IMG/VR virus record: IMGVR_UViG_3300042691_038938
DNA from: a virus
Lineage: Duplodnaviria; Caudoviricetes
DNA: 64,000 bases
Reading direction: 5' to 3' (one strand)
Positions 60,439 through 64,000 of the stretch are shown piece by piece (position 1 is the first letter of the stretch; each line of letters starts with the position of its first letter). Under the pieces are notes generated by a model that saw only the letters and a list, made by a program, of their open reading frames with translations, had not been told where the DNA came from and ran no database searches. Both the position numbers and the translations under genes were made by a program.

Positions 60439-61443
60439 CTAAGTTTTAGACTCGCAGTCTAACATTAGTGCTCTTAATTTATCAGATTTTTCTTTACTTA
60501 AGGAATAAACGTCAGGCACAGAGACATCGAACTTGACTAAATATTCCCCTACCTTTCCCTTATCGTCCTTAATTCCGCTATTGGGTATGGAGAACTTTAA
60601 GTTATTTAGAGTCTTTGGTCCATTTATCGATGCTTCGTATTTCTTATTGAATAGAGTCTCGATCTGTACTTTTTCTTCCCCGAATAGGACCTTACTTAAC
60701 GGCACCTCTATCGTGTGAACTATTTTATTCTCCTCAATTGATATTTTTTCGGGAATCTTGAACTCTATCGTCAGGTACAGATCACCAACTAGAGGTATCT
60801 GTTCCAGTTCTCCCCAAATATTGGTTCTGGTCACAACTTCTTCGTTGCCTAGTCCTGAGACTCTGACTACAGTAAAGGTCTTTCCCTTTTCTTTCTTGAT
60901 CTGAAAGTGGGTCGCTCTAAGGTCTATCGCTATTGTGATCTCCTTTTCCTCGTCCTCAACCAAGTAGTTTATTAGGTTTGATACTTTTCCAGTATAATTT
61001 ATCTTTTTTCTGGTGAACTCAAGCTTTATCTTTGTGCCAATTAGTGCATCTGATAGATCTATTTCATGATTTAACTTGATGTCCAGGTGATTGGTAGTCG
61101 GTGGCGGCGCGTGAGTTCTTCCTTGGGTCTTTTTTTCTCTATTTGATCTCTCTCTCCGCCAATCCTCGTTCTTAAAGTTATTCATGAATTCCTCAAAACC
61201 GAATCCTCCGCCCTGTCCTCCTTGACGAGGCCCTCCTCCAAAGTTTCTAGAGTCGTACTCTTGTCTCTTTTTAGAATCGCTCAGAACCGAGTAGGCCTCT
61301 GCCAACCTTTTAAACTTTTCTTCTGCTTGTGAATCATCCTTATTTTTATCAGGATGATACTGTAGAGCCAGCTTACGATATGCCTTTTTTATCTCGGCTT
61401 CGTTTGCAGTTCTTGCAACCCCTAAAACTGAATAATAGTCCAA
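60439..61443 (-). CDS. dnaJ: DnaJ-family co-chaperone (J-domain + C-terminal domain, no zinc finger)
   Basis: [24 protein letters not shown]; TTG start. Confidence 0.9.
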   Translation of the reverse strand: MDYYSVLGVARTANEAEIKKAYRKLALQYHPDKNKDDSQAEEKFKRLAEAYSVLSDSKKRQEYDSRNFGGGPRQGGQGGGFGFEEFMNNFKNEDWRRERSNREKKTQGRTHAPPPTTNHLDIKLNHEIDLSDALIGTKIKLEFTRKKINYTGKVSNLINYLVEDEEKEITIAIDLRATHFQIKKEKGKTFTVVRVSGLGNEEVVTRTNIWGELEQIPLVGDLYLTIEFKIPEKISIEENKIVHTIEVPLSKVLFGEEKVQIETLFNKKYEASINGPKTLNNLKFSIPNSGIKDDKGKVGEYLVKFDVSVPDVYSLSKEKSDKLRALMLDCESKT

Positions 61444-61507
61444 TTAACTTGATTATTTTCTAAACCTAGTGTTCTCTATATTGTATAACAAAAAAAGAAA
61501 AAGTTTC

Positions 61508-62122
61508 ATGTCTCTAATTAAGACGTTAAAGGAATTCGCTGGCATACATACTGGAAAAAAGATAATAGTTTGCGGCTGCGGAGTCTCGCTAGTAGATTTT
61601 AAGGAACATCACCAAGATTTCATAACGATTGGGGTGAATGACGTTAGTGAGCTATTCGATCCCACATATCTACTAGTCACTGATCATTCAGGAAGGTTCA
61701 GCTCTGATAGGAGACGAAGAGTTCACGGAACCAATGCAAAATACGTGTTTACTTGTGCTAAGGGTTGGTATCACAAAAACCTAGTCCATTTTGAATTAGG
61801 AAGCAGGTCCCTTACTAACCTTGACCATCCTGATAGAATAGATCATTACATGAATTCTCCGTATGCTGCTGCGATCCTTGCCTACAAGATGGGAGCGAAG
61901 AATATCGGCCTGATTGGAGTCGATTTTACAGATGGCCATTTCTATAATCTAAAGGACGGTAAACATCCTATAGTGAAATCAAACTACCTTAACAAAGTGA
62001 ATTCAGCCTATCAGACTCTTAGCAGCGAGCTTGCTAAGAGAGGCACAACGCTAGTCAACCTAAGTCCAATCAGCAACCTCGCAATACGAAAAATAAGCTT
62101 GGAGGAGTTTAAAAAGATATGA
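61508..62122 (+). CDS. DUF115/Maf/GT42-like (sialyltransferase-like fold) protein
   Basis: IIVCGCGVSL, TIGVND, SPYAA..LAYKMGAKNIGLIGVDF; likely start MSLIK at 61508. Confidence 0.6.
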   Translation: MSLIKTLKEFAGIHTGKKIIVCGCGVSLVDFKEHHQDFITIGVNDVSELFDPTYLLVTDHSGRFSSDRRRRVHGTNAKYVFTCAKGWYHKNLVHFELGSRSLTNLDHPDRIDHYMNSPYAAAILAYKMGAKNIGLIGVDFTDGHFYNLKDGKHPIVKSNYLNKVNSAYQTLSSELAKRGTTLVNLSPISNLAIRKISLEEFKKI

Positions 62123-62748
62123 AGATAATAATACCCGCTCGAATGGGATCCAAGGGTCTTCCATTTAAGAATAGAACGTTGTTTAAGTACACGGCAGAAT
62201 CGATTCCTAATGAATTAAGAGGAGACACATTCGTCACGACGGACGATTCAGATATCATGATAATGGCTAGAGCTCATGGTTTCAATGTCATCGACCGACC
62301 CTTTTGCCTTGCTCAAGATACAACTTCCACTAAAGATGTCTTGATCCATGCACTGGGTGAAATTAATCCCGATCCTTACGAGGATGTCATTGTTCTCTAT
62401 CTTACTTATCCTCAGCGTTCCTGGAAAGACGTTAAGTCTGCTATGGAGTACGCCGATTCACTAGATTTCAGCGTTAACTCTCTACTCTGTAAAAAGGAAT
62501 GCCCGAGCCCATACTTGATGATGTTTGAGAAGGGACCATTTGGTACCCAAGTCATCCCACACGACCTATATCGACGCCAAGACTATCCTTCCTGTTTTGA
62601 GATAAGTCACTTTGTCATAATCTTTAAGGCGCATTACATAAATAACTTAAATAGTAATCTGTATTCTGAAACTACTGTTTTCTATGGAATAGACGATGTA
62701 GTTGACGTTGACTTACAGAGAGACCTAAATCAATTTTATGAAAATTAA
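62119..62748 (+). CDS. Acylneuraminate/KDO cytidylyltransferase-family protein
   Basis: IIIPARMGSKGLPFKN signature, VTTDD, C-terminal DVD. Confidence 0.8.
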   Translation: MKIIIPARMGSKGLPFKNRTLFKYTAESIPNELRGDTFVTTDDSDIMIMARAHGFNVIDRPFCLAQDTTSTKDVLIHALGEINPDPYEDVIVLYLTYPQRSWKDVKSAMEYADSLDFSVNSLLCKKECPSPYLMMFEKGPFGTQVIPHDLYRRQDYPSCFEISHFVIIFKAHYINNLNSNLYSETTVFYGIDDVVDVDLQRDLNQFYEN

Positions 62749-64000
62749 CTTAGCAATAGACTGTCTAGAAGGATATGAATTTAATGCTATTACCTCAATA
62801 CATTCATTCCTGAATACTAACAAATGGTTTGATGGTAAGATATACATAATAGTGCCCAAGCATTCTGTGATTACTTCTAGAATCTCTTCGGAAATTCTAT
62901 CAATCTATGAGAATTTTGAGATAGTCAATGCTCAAGAAGATTTGAATTTTTCAAATGAATTAAGTAAAGCCTCTTCTGACTTAACAAAGATTCAAACTAT
63001 TCTTTCAATCAAAAGCCTTTACATTAAAGAGGAACGTGTCCTATTCATTTCAAGTGGGTGTCTCATCTTCAAGGACTTGAGTAAATTACTAGGCACCAAC
63101 GAAGTAACGCTGATTAGCAATCCATCAGCAGAAATAGACTTTTCTGTATTCTATCGAAATAAGATAGCTAATTCTTCTCTATCAATCTCTCAATTACTCA
63201 ATCAGGTTTTTACTGATCGTAATTCAATACTTTCCCTGTTTCAAACTAACCAAAAGATCACAACTGTTTTGGGAGAAACTTCTTCTAGTTTTAATGATAG
63301 GGTCTTTCTAAAGAAGAAATCAGTCTTAAATCTTCTTAATTTCATTAAATATGACACATTAAGAGGAGAATCTAGGAACTATTCTAAGATAAACTATATT
63401 TGGATTCAGCATCAAAAGGTAGTCAAAAACATCCTAAAAAGACCGGCATCCTTCAAAGGAAAGAGGACTTTAAATAAAAGTCTCTCCCCTAAACTTGATG
63501 GACTACTTAATTCTCCACAGGCTCAGCCAACTCAAAATAAGAACATCCAGTCGGCCACAAAGGAAGTAAATCTAAATAAGGCGAGAAGTCTCTTAAGAGT
63601 CAGGGAAACGGATAAGAGATACTTACTTAATGAGAAGAAAAAAGCAGAGAGTCTTTCTCAATATCATGAAACTGTCTCACAATATTCTGAGACTCCTCCT
63701 CGACACGATTATGCTACTGCTTGTGTGATAGCATTTTTAGATCGGCATGAGATGGTTGAACTTAATGTCAAGCTTCTAAGCCAACAAAGTTTGGTACCTG
63801 CGATAGTCCTAGTTGCTTCAAATCCAACAGATGCTGCATTTGCTAATGGGTTAATTGAAAGATATCCTAACGTGTTCGTCACCTACTATCAAAATTATCC
63901 AATAGGCGGAAAGTGGAGAGCCGGGGTAAAGTATGCACAGCGTCTGAACGTTAGAGGACTGATGATACTCGGATCAGATGATCTACTATCACTAGATTAC
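62738..64000 (+). CDS. Multidomain glycosyltransferase-like protein (partial; GT2-like C-terminal domain)
   Basis: Not in ORF track. ATG at 62738, frame open to the window end by manual translation; CVIAFLDR...KWRAG...MILGSDD. Confidence 0.6.
   Translation, partial: MKINLAIDCLEGYEFNAITSIHSFLNTNKWFDGKIYIIVPKHSVITSRISSEILSIYENFEIVNAQEDLNFSNELSKASSDLTKIQTILSIKSLYIKEERVLFISSGCLIFKDLSKLLGTNEVTLISNPSAEIDFSVFYRNKIANSSLSISQLLNQVFTDRNSILSLFQTNQKITTVLGETSSSFNDRVFLKKKSVLNLLNFIKYDTLRGESRNYSKINYIWIQHQKVVKNILKRPASFKGKRTLNKSLSPKLDGLLNSPQAQPTQNKNIQSATKEVNLNKARSLLRVRETDKRYLLNEKKKAESLSQYHETVSQYSETPPRHDYATACVIAFLDRHEMVELNVKLLSQQSLVPAIVLVASNPTDAAFANGLIERYPNVFVTYYQNYPIGGKWRAGVKYAQRLNVRGLMILGSDDLLSLDY

Overview
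A 64-kb segment of a large T4-like (myovirus-type) jumbo phage genome in the standard genetic code. The host is probably a Bacteroidota: it carries an Hc1-type histone-like protein, signal peptides ending ...SQ, and A-rich starts without Shine-Dalgarno sites. Plus-strand blocks hold replication, repair and nucleotide genes: SSB, RNase H, a split family-B DNA polymerase N-half, UvsX, helicase, gp46/47, topoisomerase II, RNR, gp56, a gp42-like enzyme, dCMP deaminase, UvsE, a NEIL1-like glycosylase and a DinG-like helicase. They also hold host-takeover genes (GroEL/GroES, bS1-like protein, SulP transporter). Mostly minus-strand late blocks behind ATAAATA promoters hold the capsid, protease-scaffold, sheath, tube, baseplate-like proteins and late sigma factor. 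The top leads are: (1) a DIP1984-like coiled-coil gene followed directly by a ~195-nt structured non-coding element with periodic UCAA motifs; (2) about 12 unrelated late proteins sharing a T4 capsid-targeting-like N-terminal tag, including a duplicated divergent tag-promoter-tag cassette; (3) an animal NEIL1-like glycosylase; (4) a cytosine-modification pathway; (5) a sugar-activation and glycosyltransferase cluster. All family assignments come from motif recognition by eye; no database searches or folding programs were run.
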